Source of the DNA: Aureliella sp.
Lineage (GTDB): Bacteria; Planctomycetota; Planctomycetia; Pirellulales; Pirellulaceae
Direction: 5' to 3'
Assembly (NCBI GenBank): GCA_963691875.1
Contig: OY829846.1
Location: 2,080,001-2,144,000, forward strand
DNA length: 64,000 nucleotides
The notes below the pieces were generated by a model. It made no database searches, was not told where the DNA came from, and worked only from the letters and a program-made list of their open reading frames with translations. This document shows, piece by piece, positions 38,450 to 49,428 of this stretch (the stretch's first letter is position 1; each line of letters starts with the position of its first letter). Both the position numbers and the translations under genes were made by a program.

Positions 38450-39955
38450 ATGTCCGACTTTATTCTGGCGCTAGACCAAGGCACGACAAGCTCGCGTGCC
38501 CTGGTCATCTCGGGTGATGGTAGCATCGTTTCCGTCGCTCAAAAGGAATTCACGCAGTTTTTCCCTCAGCCAGGCTGGGTGGAGCACGATCCAGATGAGA
38601 TCTGGAAGAGCCAGTTTGCGGTGGCCAAGTCCGCTCTTCGCAAGGCGAAATTGAAGGTGGCAGACATTGCCGCAATTGGAATTACCAATCAACGCGAGAC
38701 CACCGTCGTTTGGAATCGCGAAACGGGTGAGCCAATTCACAACGCGATAGTCTGGCAAGATCGGCGCACTGCGAACATGTGCGATCGTCTGAAAAAAGGC
38801 AATACTGCTGAGGCTATTACTTCAAAAACCGGCTTGGTCATCGACGCGTACTTTTCCGGAACAAAGCTAGCATGGATTCTCGACAACGTTAACGGAGCCA
38901 GAGCACTTGCCAAACAAGGTCAACTGGCCTTTGGCACCGTTGACAGCTGGCTTCTCTGGAAATTGACCGGCGGCAAGTCCTCGGCTGGAGCGGAGCACAA
39001 GACGGATCTGACCAATGCGTCCAGGACGATGCTCTGCGACTTGGCAACCGGCGACTGGGATCGAGAACTCGGCAAAGCGCTGAAGGTCCCGGATGCGGTT
39101 CTGCCCGAAATCTGTTCTTCGAGCGAAGTTTACGGCGAGACGGAGAAGAAGTTGTTCGGTGCCGCCATTCCAATAGCTGGAATCGCTGGCGATCAGCACG
39201 CAGCCTTGTTTGGCCAAATGTGCACGAAGCCTGGAATGGTGAAGAACACTTATGGCACCGGTTGTTTCATGCTGATGAACACAGGCAGCAAGTTGCGTCC
39301 GAGCAAAAATAATTTGCTGACCACCACGAGCTGGCAAATCGGCAACAAGTCGACTTATGCGCTGGAAGGCAGTATTTTCATCGCAGGAGCGGTGGTCCAG
39401 TGGCTGCGAGACGGATTGAAGATCATCAAGAAGGCACCCGACGTGGAAAAGCTTGCTGCCCAAGTCTCCGACAACGGCGGCGTGTACATTGTTCCGGCCT
39501 TCGCTGGACTTGGAGCTCCGCACTGGGATCCCTACGCTCGCGGTACGATCGCAGGAATTACACGAGGCGCAACCGGAGCCCATTTAGCTCGGGCAGCCCT
39601 GGAGTCGATCGCATACCAAACAGCGGATGTGCTGGACGCTATGCGAGGCGACTCAGGCATTCGTATCAAGTCGCTTCGCGTAGATGGTGGAGCGGCGACA
39701 AATGACTTGCTGATGCAGTTTCAAGCTGACATTCTGGGTGTGCCGGTTGTTCGTCCTAAATTCTTTGAGGCCACCGCGCTGGGCGCCGGTTATCTGGCAG
39801 GCTTGGCGGTGGGCGTTTGGAAGAACACGGCCGAACTTGAAAGCCAATGGCAAGTAGAGCGCACTTTTGAACCAGAGAAATCAAAAATGCAGGTTAACGA
39901 GCTCCGAGCCGGTTGGCAGAAAGCCTTGGAGCGAGCTAAGGAGTGGGACACCTAG
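38450..39955 (+). CDS. glpK: Glycerol kinase
   Basis: [33 protein letters not shown] and LRVDGGA motifs. Confidence 0.97.
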   Translation: MSDFILALDQGTTSSRALVISGDGSIVSVAQKEFTQFFPQPGWVEHDPDEIWKSQFAVAKSALRKAKLKVADIAAIGITNQRETTVVWNRETGEPIHNAIVWQDRRTANMCDRLKKGNTAEAITSKTGLVIDAYFSGTKLAWILDNVNGARALAKQGQLAFGTVDSWLLWKLTGGKSSAGAEHKTDLTNASRTMLCDLATGDWDRELGKALKVPDAVLPEICSSSEVYGETEKKLFGAAIPIAGIAGDQHAALFGQMCTKPGMVKNTYGTGCFMLMNTGSKLRPSKNNLLTTTSWQIGNKSTYALEGSIFIAGAVVQWLRDGLKIIKKAPDVEKLAAQVSDNGGVYIVPAFAGLGAPHWDPYARGTIAGITRGATGAHLARAALESIAYQTADVLDAMRGDSGIRIKSLRVDGGAATNDLLMQFQADILGVPVVRPKFFEATALGAGYLAGLAVGVWKNTAELESQWQVERTFEPEKSKMQVNELRAGWQKALERAKEWDT

Positions 39956-39986
39956 TCCAAGAATCTCTGAGCAGCGGAGCCAAGCT

Positions 39987-41519
39987 ATGCAACGAGATGA
40001 GATGCTGCACCGGTTACGTCAAGATAAAAGGTGGGACATTGTCATCATTGGCGGCGGAGCGACCGGGCTGGGCACCGCGGTTGACGCAGCCTCCCGAGGA
40101 TATTCGACGGTACTATTGGAGGCCGCTGACTTCGCCAAAGGCACATCGAGTCGCTCCACGAAGCTCATCCATGGTGGAGTTCGCTACCTGCGCAGCGGCC
40201 AGATCTCGATGGTTCGCGAATCCTTGCTTGAACGTGGGCGGCTTATGCAGAACGCTCCCGGCACGGTCCATCCGATTCGATTTCTCATTCCGGCCTACCG
40301 ATTCGGTCAGCGGCCTTTCTATTGGATTGGGATGAAACTCTACGATTGGCTCGCCACGTTGCACCGTGGCGCTAGCGTAGGGATCGAGTCCGCACGTATG
40401 GTTTCGCGGCGGAGAGCCCTAGATCTGGTTCCAACTCTTGGTTCTAAAAGCCTTCGCGGTGGAGTGCTTTATACCGATGGCCAGTTTGACGATTCAAGAC
40501 TCGCGATACGACTAGCGCAAACGGCGGCAAGCAATGGGGCGGTCGTTTGCAACTACCTTCAGGTGCAAGATATCGCACACCATGAAGGGCAAGCAACTGG
40601 CGTCTCGGTGGAAGACTTGGAGTCTGGGGAAAAGCTTGAAGTTCTCGGCAATGTCCTCATCAATGCGACGGGGGTTTTCGCAGAAGCTGTTATGGATCTA
40701 GATGAATCTAGCATGTCTCCGCAAGCCACCCGCCCGCGAATTGTCCCAAGTATGGGAACGCATTTGGTTCTCGATCGCGAATTCCTGCCGTGCGACCATG
40801 GAGTGCTGATCCCGAGCACGGATGACGGTCGCGTTTTATTTGCGATTCCTTGGCTGGGAAAGACGCTGATTGGAACCACCGACCGCGAAGTACCAGAAAT
40901 CGAGACCGATCCACGTCCTAGCGTGGAAGAAGTCGCATATCTGATGGACCATGTCGGTCGCTATCTCACGCGAAAACCATCGCTTTCGGATATTCGGAGC
41001 CAGTTTGCTGGGCTGCGTCCGTTGGTGGGCAAGTTAGAATTGGAAGGCGAAACTGCAACCTCGAAACTCTCACGCGAACACGAGATACACGTGTCGCAGT
41101 CTGGGCTAATCACCATAATCGGCGGCAAGTGGACAACATATCGTAAGATGGCGGAAGACATCGTCGACTTGGCTATCAACAGAGGCAACTTAACGCCCAG
41201 CTCGTCGAGCACTCAGAAGCTGTCGCTGGAAGTGGAAGTGCCAGGCGATTTCCAGAGCGGGCCAGAGGATATGCCGTTGCACCCCCAATTGCCATATCGT
41301 TGGAGCGATATCGAGCATGCGATGGAGAATGAAATGGTTGTCCAATTGGAAGACATTTTAGCCCGCCGCACGCGTTGTCTGCTACTCGATGTAAAGGCAA
41401 CCCGAGAAATTGCCCCACAAGTTGTCGAAATGTTGGCAGCAAAACGTGGGCAAGACGCAGATTGGCAAGCTAAGCAGCTCCAACAATTCTTACAGTTGTC
41501 GCAACGCTACTTGCCATGA
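39987..41519 (+). CDS. glpD: FAD-dependent glycerol-3-phosphate dehydrogenase
   Basis: IIGGGATG, GTSSRSTKLIHGGVRYL and GGKWTTYR motifs; follows glpK. Confidence 0.93.
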   Translation: MQRDEMLHRLRQDKRWDIVIIGGGATGLGTAVDAASRGYSTVLLEAADFAKGTSSRSTKLIHGGVRYLRSGQISMVRESLLERGRLMQNAPGTVHPIRFLIPAYRFGQRPFYWIGMKLYDWLATLHRGASVGIESARMVSRRRALDLVPTLGSKSLRGGVLYTDGQFDDSRLAIRLAQTAASNGAVVCNYLQVQDIAHHEGQATGVSVEDLESGEKLEVLGNVLINATGVFAEAVMDLDESSMSPQATRPRIVPSMGTHLVLDREFLPCDHGVLIPSTDDGRVLFAIPWLGKTLIGTTDREVPEIETDPRPSVEEVAYLMDHVGRYLTRKPSLSDIRSQFAGLRPLVGKLELEGETATSKLSREHEIHVSQSGLITIIGGKWTTYRKMAEDIVDLAINRGNLTPSSSSTQKLSLEVEVPGDFQSGPEDMPLHPQLPYRWSDIEHAMENEMVVQLEDILARRTRCLLLDVKATREIAPQVVEMLAAKRGQDADWQAKQLQQFLQLSQRYLP

Positions 41520-41578
41520 CCCGTTGAGGTACCACAGACAAATTGGTCAATGAGCGATATGCACGGGGCAACGAGCGG

Positions 41579-42328
41579 TCAGTTTTTCTGCTCACTTCGC
41601 CAGCTTGAAACAAAACTGGTCAGTACAATCCCTGCCAGCAGTCCGACGGCTAACATCAGCAAGAACGCGTTTGGTGTGTGAGCCCAAGTCCAGTCTTCGG
41701 TAAGTGTCGTCCCGAATACGGAGCTAAGCGTAGCCAAGGGGAGAAAGAACGCCGCCATCATGTTCAATCGATGCGTCGCAATGGCTAGTCGTTCGTTCGA
41801 TACCGTCTGCTTCTCAGCTCGCCGAATCATGGCCACGTCCATGTCGTCTCGGGTGTACTGATAGTTCAGTTCAGCAGCCCGAGAAAGAGCGTAAGCTCGG
41901 TCGCGGAGGTCGATGAGCTCGATTGCTTCGGGAAAAGCTTCGCGAGCCTTTCCGAGCACTTCGGTCAAGTGCTTGGAGGCCCGTGCGACCGGAGCGAGAG
42001 ATTCCAATATATGCAGATAGTCGTCAGCATTTTGAGCCGCAGATTCCTGACGATCAAACTCTCGAATTCGTTGCTCGTAGCGATTAAGCAGAATCTCGAT
42101 TCCTGCTTTGCCTGGGTCGCCATTGCTGCATCTCCATTCGCCACTACCATCGCGTTAGTAAAGGATACCTCGCCGAGTCATTTCATTCGCGTCGGGAACA
42201 TCGTGAGCAACCACAAGCAAGTGGCCGTCACTCTTCATGATCCTTTGACTCCCGACCGTAGACCCTAATCTAACCCGAAGCTCAGAAGGCAATTCCCAGT
42301 TGGCAGGGACGAGAGGGGCGGCAGCCAT
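41579..42328 (-). pseudogene. Membrane protein with CorA-like C-terminal TM pair, interrupted by one in-frame TAA
   Basis: One frame from ATG 42328 reads MAAAPLVPANWELPSELRVRLG...RRGILY*RDGSGEWRCSNG... and continues into the 41579-42007 ORF. The stop is at 42155-42157 (codon 58 of 250). Confidence 0.75.
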
Positions 42329-42489
42329 ATTTTCGTTGCTCCATTCACTCCAGCTACCAGCTGGAGTCTCAAATCTGTTTAATTATTGCCTGCTTTGTTT
42401 CACTGGAGATGGCCTGTCACTAGAGTCGCTCAGGCGCGTTTTCTTGCGAATTGTAGAAAGTTTCAGGGCTGAGCCTGACCGCTGCTCAC

Positions 42490-42915
42490 CTAGCGACTGT
42501 CGCCTTGAATGGTCGCAACCAAGCGGCGAGCGCCACCCTGGTTACGATGCTCGCACAGATAAATGCCTTGCCAAGTCCCAAAGGCTAACTGACCACCTGA
42601 AATCGGAACCGAAATAGAGGCCCCCAGCAATGAGGATTTCACGTGGGCAGGCATATCATCTGGTCCCTCTAAAGTATGCACGAGCGGCAGGCCGGTCTCC
42701 GGCGCGATCGCGTTGAAGAAGGTCTCCATATCCACCCGCACGTCAGGGTCGGCGTTCTCGTTTATTGTAAGGCTCGCTGAAGTGTGCTGGATAAATAGAT
42801 GGAAAAGGCCAACCTGAATATCAGCGAGCTCAGGAATATGCTCAAGGACTTCCGCCGTGACTAAGTGGAAGCCCCTTCGTTTGGGCTGTAAGGTCATGTC
42901 TCGTTGGAACCACAT
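42490..42915 (-). CDS. yjbQ: YjbQ/UPF0047 family protein
   Basis: HTSASLTINENADPDV, EGPDDMPAHVKSSL and GTWQGIYLCEHR motifs. Confidence 0.93.
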   Translation of the reverse strand: MWFQRDMTLQPKRRGFHLVTAEVLEHIPELADIQVGLFHLFIQHTSASLTINENADPDVRVDMETFFNAIAPETGLPLVHTLEGPDDMPAHVKSSLLGASISVPISGGQLAFGTWQGIYLCEHRNQGGARRLVATIQGDSR

Positions 42916-43221
42916 ATCATTCTCGTAGTGAAAAAATCCTGATCGAACTGCCTGGATGCAACACCAAAGTGTCCAGCGAAGTCGAGAAAAAGAATGCGAA
43001 CACAGTTGCGAAGACTGTCAAGCCCATCCAAGTTAAGCTGTGTACTGCAAGACGGCTCTACAGCGGAATCCACGCCGCAACGAGGGATGTAGGGTTGGCT
43101 GTTGTTCCTCGTTCTGAGGGGCCGCAAACTCCAGCTAGACGGTTCAGCTTTGCGAGATTTTGCAAGTGATTCGCGGGAGTTTTTGGCTGTCTGAGTCATT
43201 CGAAAAATTCATAGAAATTGC

Positions 43222-43249
43222 TTGACTTCATGCAGCGTGAGTTAATAAT
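43222..43249 (+). promoter_or_regulatory. Sigma70-like promoter
   Basis: TTGACT (43222-43227), 16 nt spacer, AATAAT (43244-43249), with an A/T-rich upstream tract. Predicted start is about 43255-43256. Confidence 0.6.
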
Positions 43250-43255
43250 CGCAGC

Positions 43256-43645
43256 GAGCTTCGGAGGGGAATTCTGCCTCAAAGAATCTTGAACTCAAGC
43301 ACCGGGAACGGAGAGGGTTGAGGGCAAGCAGTCTTAGTGGGTCAGCTCCTGACGTCTGAAAGCGTGATCTGGGCATTTAGCCATCACGAATTCCTCACAC
43401 CCCAGCAGGACGACTGGCCTACCTGGTGCGACGGACCGTCTCGAAGCTCCCTTGGACGCGTGCGAAAACAGTCAAGTTGTTTGACAACGTGGCACAGTAC
43501 TGCATCCAAGACACCTGCTCTTTGACAACTATTAGCGACCGATGTCTCAGCCAACACTTCGTGCTGAAAGGGACGTTGGGCGATCAATCGAATGAGGGCA
43601 GTTCAATCCCCAAACAGACAATGATGTTGTGGTAGGCACCACAAC
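43256..43645 (+). ncRNA. Candidate large structured RNA (5' leader or ncRNA), family not recognised
   Basis: Nested helices by eye: 43256-63/43442-49, 43299-306/43422-29, 43315-24/43392-402, 43341-45/43349-53, 43363-68/43383-88, 43451-59/43502-10, 43471-75/43481-85, 43515-22/43594-601, 43539-48/43570-79, 43626-33/43638-45. Several G-U pairs favour the + strand. Confidence 0.6.
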
Positions 43646-43688
43646 GAGTGATACAAACAACCACACCACTATTGAAGCGAAATTTGTC

Positions 43689-43916
43689 ATGAGCGAAGTT
43701 TGCAAGAACGTTTTTGAAGCAATTCTTAAGTACGGTCACGATGAGGACTTTGACCCAGAAGTAAACGAAGAGTTCCTGCCTACTGATGCACCTGCCGGGT
43801 CTTCTGAGAAGATTGAAGTTCTTCGTGATCGCGTTTTCTCAGGGCAACCTCTGTGGCACCGTGATGATCGCGTTGACTACGCTGGTCTCACAGGTGTCAT
43901 TCGCCCTCGCGAGTAG
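43689..43916 (+). CDS. Small acidic hypothetical protein (75 aa)
   Basis: MSEVCKNVFEAILKYGHDEDF...PTDAPAGSSEKIEVLRDRVFSGQPLWHRDDR. Codon choice (CGT/CGC, GGT, GTT, GAA) suggests high expression; followed by a terminator. Confidence 0.85.
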   Translation: MSEVCKNVFEAILKYGHDEDFDPEVNEEFLPTDAPAGSSEKIEVLRDRVFSGQPLWHRDDRVDYAGLTGVIRPRE

Positions 43917-43943
43917 TCCGACTGTTAAATTGCCCTTTTAAGT

Positions 43944-43972
43944 AAAGCCTAGTGTTCCACTAGGTTTTTTTT
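43944..43972 (+). terminator. Intrinsic (Rho-independent) terminator
   Basis: Stem GCCTAGTG-TTC-CACTAGGT followed by a T8 run, preceded by AAA. Confidence 0.85.
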
Positions 43973-44089
43973 CGTGCGTTTGGTGGATTTGCATTCCCGT
44001 GGATTTGCGCTCCCTCGTCCGATTCGTGCTCCAATCCCTGTAGGGAAAACCTGGAGGATACTGGTGGGGAAGAATTCTGGCGTATCATA

Positions 44090-44683
44090 CTACGATGCAT
44101 CTAGATCGCCAAGCTGCTGTCGAAGGCGACGAAGAATACGACCTCGCGTTTGACGCACGGCGGCATCTGTGACCTGGAATTCTCTTGCAACAAGCGCGTT
44201 TGCGATCTGGTCGATCACATTGCGTTCGAAAATCTGCCAAGTTCTCGTTTCGAACTCATTGCGTACTTGCTCAAGCCCCCGTTGCAACAGTGCATAGACT
44301 TGATCTGGGTCCGTGGGGTCTTGCTCTGGTACTGATTCTTCTGGCAGTTGTTGTAGCCCGACCATCGCCGTGCTGCCGCCCTGAGCTGGAATGACTCCCC
44401 TTTCACGACGCAGAAAATCTCGGATCTTATTCGAGCTAATCCTCCAGAGCCAGGCACGAAAGGCCCCGCCACGGCCAGCTTCGTAAGTGTCGAGCGACTT
44501 GGAAAGAGCAACGAAAACATCCTGGACGACATCCGCCGCTTGCCCCGAGTCTAATCCGCAGCGATAGCACCAGTGCGCAATTAAAGGGCCGTATAGATCG
44601 ACCAATTCACTCCACGCTTGCGAATCGTGGCCTTTGGCTCTGAAAATGAGGCTTGCTCGAGTTGCATCAGAACGAGACGCCAT
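44090..44683 (-). CDS. ECF sigma factor of the kinase-associated planctomycete type
   Basis: TRASLI...AWSELVDLYGPLI...AADVVQDVF...GAFRAWL, region-4 AVRQTRGRILRRLR; adjacent to a Ser/Thr kinase gene. Confidence 0.9.
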   Translation of the reverse strand: MASRSDATRASLIFRAKGHDSQAWSELVDLYGPLIAHWCYRCGLDSGQAADVVQDVFVALSKSLDTYEAGRGGAFRAWLWRISSNKIRDFLRRERGVIPAQGGSTAMVGLQQLPEESVPEQDPTDPDQVYALLQRGLEQVRNEFETRTWQIFERNVIDQIANALVAREFQVTDAAVRQTRGRILRRLRQQLGDLDAS

Positions 44684-44852
44684 CGATTTTCCATTTGGGC
44701 TGCGGGATGTGGTGCAGAAACGGCCTAGCTTTGCCATATTCCAGAATATTGCAAAAAGTCCTGTCACGCGCTTTTCGTATAAGGAATAAGTCAGACAAAA
44801 CACTGAGCTGCATGCTAACATCAAAGCTATCAGAATTGGGAAGGAAACGGTG

Positions 44853-47800
44853 ATGAATGAGCCACAATGTCTACCAAGAGAAGCCCTCAAGCAATATTTG
44901 GCTGGCTGGTCCGATCCCGAACAATCTGACTTGATCGAATCGCATCTTGCGGAATGCGGAGCCTGCGAGCAAACGATCGTCGCGTTGGAGGCCGATCCCG
45001 ATACCTTGGTCGAGTATCTTGCTCATAAAAAGTATGCACAGGACCCGGCTAGCAACTCCTTGGTTCAAAACGCCCTGGCGCATTCACGAGATTTGGTCGG
45101 GAATCAGACGCAGCAAGACAGCTCGGCGAATGACGGCTTGGAATTTGGGGGGGGCGAGCTCCGAGTGAACTTGGCGTTTACTTGCTTATCCGACCGTTGG
45201 GCCAAGGAGGGATGGGATCCGTTTACCTCGCCAAACACCGCAAGTTGGGCAAAGAGCTTGCGATCAAGATTTTGCCCGCCAGAAGATTTCGGAATCAGAT
45301 TTTTGCGGCTCGTTTTCAGCGGGAAATCCGAGCGTCAGGTGAGTTGGAGCACCCTGCAATTGTACAAGCGACTGACGCTGGTGAAGAGCACGGCACTCAT
45401 TACTTGGTGATGGAACACATCGATGGGCAAGATCTGTCACAAGTATCTCGAGCTGTAGGGAAGCTGAGTATTGCTGACGCCTGTGAGTTAATTCGAAATG
45501 TCGCTCTCGGGCTATCTCACGCTCACAATCAAGGAATCATCCATCGTGATGTGAAGCCGTCCAGTCTCATGCTCAGCAAAACCGGTGAGACAAAGATTCT
45601 CGACTTTGGTCTGGCACGCATTGGTCCTTGGGAAGGCGAATCAGCCGAGTTGACGACTGTCGGCCAGCTCATGGGCACACTCGACTATATGGCACCCGAG
45701 CAAGCTGAACGCGCCGATGCAGTAGACTATCGAGCAGATCTTTATTCTCTCGGGGCGACCTTGTTTCGATTGCTGTGCGATCGCGCGCCACTTGCCGCCT
45801 CGCCAGATATTTCCCCCTTGGCCAAATTGCGTTTGATGGCTATAGCTGAGCCACCGAGTCTGGATGCTCTGCGGCCTGATGCACCAGCTGAGCTGGTTGC
45901 ACTTGTTTCCCGAATGCTTTCTCGTGATCCAGCCGATCGGCCAGCGAGTGCACATCATGTGGCGGAAGAAGTGGGCCGCTTCACGGCAGGAAATGAGTTG
46001 GTCAAACTCTCTGCGAAAGCGATTGAGCTCAAGAAGGATTGGCCGAAGGCTGAAGCCAAATCATTCGATGAGGCCGAGATTGCGTCGCAGGGCGCAAATG
46101 CCAACAACGGTCGAAGCAATGGCAAAGTCTGGCTTGCTTTGGCACTTGTACCACTGCTGGTCTTGGCAGCAATTTGGATCACGCTGGAAACTCAGAAGGG
46201 CTTGCTGGTCATCGAATCCGACGCGGAAGCGACCGTAAAATTGCTGAAAGACGAAAAGGACTATCAGGAATTCCAGGTCCAACCAGGTCCGAACTCGACG
46301 CGGATCTACGCGGGCAAATACGAAGTTGTTCTCGCCGAGGGCAGCGACTCATTGAAACTGACTCAAGAACAGATCAGTGTCACCAGAGGTGGAACAAGCA
46401 TTGCCAGGTTACATTGGGACAAACCAACTCCCGCTGCGGGCGAAAACAGTTGGGGGCGATCCATTGGTGGGCAATGGCAACGTAGGGTCATCTTCAGTCA
46501 GGCCAATCACCGAGCCGGTCTTTCGAGGCAAAACACTTTCGACTTATCTGAACATGTTTTCCTACGAACGCAGCAGCGAAGGACTGGGCGAAGCTCTTTT
46601 TGCGATCAAAGCGTTGACGACAACAGAGAATGGTGCGCAGGTGCAAAAACTACTTCTCAAACTTTTACCAAACGTCAACGGGAATCTAGAAGTCAAGCTA
46701 AGGGAAGACTACGTTTCAAGCGTTGACAATCAAGCTTTCGAGTTGCTCAGGGAGACTACTTCGGATTCAGAGTTCAGAGATCTACTTCTAAATCAACTCA
46801 ACAGTGCTTCCGGCGAGTGGCGTGGAAGATTGGTAAGCGAGTTTTCGCGAGTGGAGGAATACCCAATCGGCCCTTGTATCGACTGGCTGGAGAATGAGAT
46901 CGTCCCTATAGGAAAGTCAGACGAGCTTTTCAACGTTGCTTCAAATCAGTTGCTGGTGTGGTACGTGTCGGTCGAAGATCAGCCAGCGATTCAGCAACAC
47001 CTGAAGTCGCTGCTGCAGAACTCCAAGGCGTTCGACCGACATTTCTGGCTAAGTCAGATGCAGTTCAATCGTCATGACAATAAGCAGGCTGTTCTCAACC
47101 TTGCCAAGCCCCATTGCCTTGCGGCGATGCAAGACGCCAATGAATCGCCTCAGTTTCTCGCACAAGCCACCATCATTCTGCTTACTTTGCTGGATGCAGA
47201 TCACATCAGCGAGCAAGAGCGTGTATCGCTAAGGAATTCTGTTCGAGATAGGCTTGGAGAATTCGATGACTTGAAGCTGCTCGAAATGACGAATTTGAAT
47301 GCCAACTTCAGTTATGAACACACCATCCCATCTTGGCGAATCGACTCGCGTGTCTCTAGTGCGGTCAGCCGGTTTGCCACCCCATATCAAGGGAACGTTG
47401 CGCTTGGTTCTGTATCAGTAGGAACACTACGATTCAATTTTTCTGGTGGCAGAGCGACCAGTCTCTCAGCGAAACTCTTGGATTTGGCGAGAAAGCTGGA
47501 CATCGAGATGGAAGACCTAGCGCAAGAGTGGATTGCTGCTACAGCATCTGCTTATCAGAAGCTAACTCCCATCGTCAGTGAACATCGCGGATTCATTGAG
47601 ATGTCATGGCCAACACTCCAGTTGGATTCGGTCCTGAGTAACAGCAGCCGATCTTCCAGCGGTACCACCTATTCCAAGCTCTCCTCAATCAAGCCTGAGA
47701 CTTGGAGCGGATACTTCTTGCACGTTCAGGCGAAGAGCTTCCTCACAGCTTCGGAAGCGGAATAAACAACTAAGCTACTCCGCCAGCCCGAGATACTGCA

Positions 47801-49221
47801 AGTGCTGCATCGCAGGGGCGGAATGACAGTTTCCCGGAGCCTCTATACAACGGACAGCCACTGCAAGAGTGGATGCGCATTCTGCCGCTTGAGAAGAATC
47901 GGGAAGGAGTCGACGAAGCGCTGGCGGCGATCCAAGCCTCGCTAACAAAGGAAACCGCGCGGCAGCTGATGCAGATGTTCAAGCGAGAGCTACCACGTGT
48001 GGACTGGATGCGATCCGCACAATATTTGACTGCCTTTAGCATCATGCGCAGGGCGAACTCAACAGAGTACTGTAAGTTTATTATTGAGCAATTGGAGGCG
48101 CCGGATGCATCGGACGATCCGGATACTCATTGGAAGAATTATCTCATTACCTGTAGCATTACACCGGAATCCAAGCTCGCGGAGATCGAGCCCATTCACA
48201 ATTGGATTGTGACTAACCACCTGGTTAAGGACTCTGTCTGGCTCAAAACTTGCTCTGAGATGCACCGCCGCATCTCAAGTGACAAACTGGCTACCCAGAG
48301 TCTGGCTGAAGCGATGGTGCAAGCTCTAGTGGATTGCGAGCCACTTCGAGAAAACGACAGCTTCTGGTACGGATCACCCCATGGATCACCGGGACGCTCA
48401 ACGGCCCCGAGCGAAATCTGGATGAAAGTGGTCGGTAGCCACACAATGGAGGTCTGGGCAGATCTCGATGCTTCGAAGGAAAGAGTTGCCATAGTTGGCC
48501 GCTTCTTGCAACGATTTGGAGATCGCATGTATACCTCAGAGCAACGTTACAAAGGCCTGCGGCGGACATACATTGACTTCGATCAGATAGAAAAGGTGCT
48601 GCTCGAAAGGCTGAAGAAAACACTGGCTGATGGAACCTATCTCGACGAAACTGCGATTCTGCTTGACAACGGGCATTCACCGTGCCCCGACGATTGCCTT
48701 ATCAGGTTTAGCACTACTGCCCAGGAGAAGCACGGTATGCATAACCTGCATCTGGATATGAGAACGCTCCTCGGGTTACTTGCCTACATCAAAACGAAGG
48801 GAAAGCAGATCCATTTAAACGTTTCTCAGAGGTCTTCTGGCAAAACTCCGTGGTTCTGTCGCACAGCTTTGTATCAGACTGGCAGCCCGAGAAAAGTCAG
48901 TCTGCTCAATAGTATTCGGCAAAGGTCGGGCGGCCTCGGTGCAACAGAAGTACTCCGGCGTTTAACGCTGACTTGGCCTCTTCACGAAAGCGAGCTAGAA
49001 CGATTGGGCGTTGCACGAGAACAAGTACTGGCGACGATCTTCTACTGTTCGATACGCCAAAACTCACGAAGTCGGAATGGGAGAAGATGATGATCAAGCC
49101 AGATGGTGCTGACGAGAACGAGGATGGCGTGATCACAGCTTTGGAGTATGCAAAGCATCCTGCTTCGAAGAAACCGAGTGGCGGCGATTCCTCCAATTCA
49201 AAAGCTAAAGAACGAGAGTAG
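44853..49221 (+). pseudogene. Fragmented large Ser/Thr kinase gene (zf-HC2 + kinase + TM + repeated domain + EF-hand-like end)
   Basis: Five ORF pieces join by domain logic: HLAECGAC; frameshift at G8 45147-45154; kinase; frameshift near G5 46452-46456; stop/shift at about 47763-47773; shift near 49040-49060 to DENEDGVITALEY. Confidence 0.8.
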
Positions 49222-49389
49222 GAGACAGGCGAAGAAGACTCATCAGTGTTTTTTTGGCATAGCAGCTTGCACTTGGATCTGAGAATCGTGCAGCCAATAC
49301 CGAGTAACGTGAATCTTTCGTCGCATTATGAACGATTAGGAAAGGGCCGATGGGGCTCTGCTTCAGGACTCGTGACCTCGTCCATTAAG

Positions 49390-49416
49390 GCCGAGAGTCT
49401 TGACGACTTCCGCTAC
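49390..49416. repeat. GTAG-type REP sequence
   Basis: Reverse complement is GTAGCGGAAGTCGTCAAGACTCTCGGC; near-copy at 25309-25335. Confidence 0.7.
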
Positions 49417-49428
49417 CTTTGAGCGTGC

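Noticed and set aside
43256..43645. Assigning the structured RNA to 6S RNA, tmRNA, RNase P RNA or a classic riboswitch
   Set aside because: It is multibranched rather than a 6S rod, has no tRNA-like ends or tag peptide, lacks GAGGAAAGUCC, and no riboswitch core motif was recognised by eye. An Rfam scan is still needed.
43983..44014. Imperfect 16-bp tandem repeat GTGGATTTGC(AT/GC)TCCC as a CRISPR remnant
   Set aside because: Only two adjacent units, no spacers and no cas genes.
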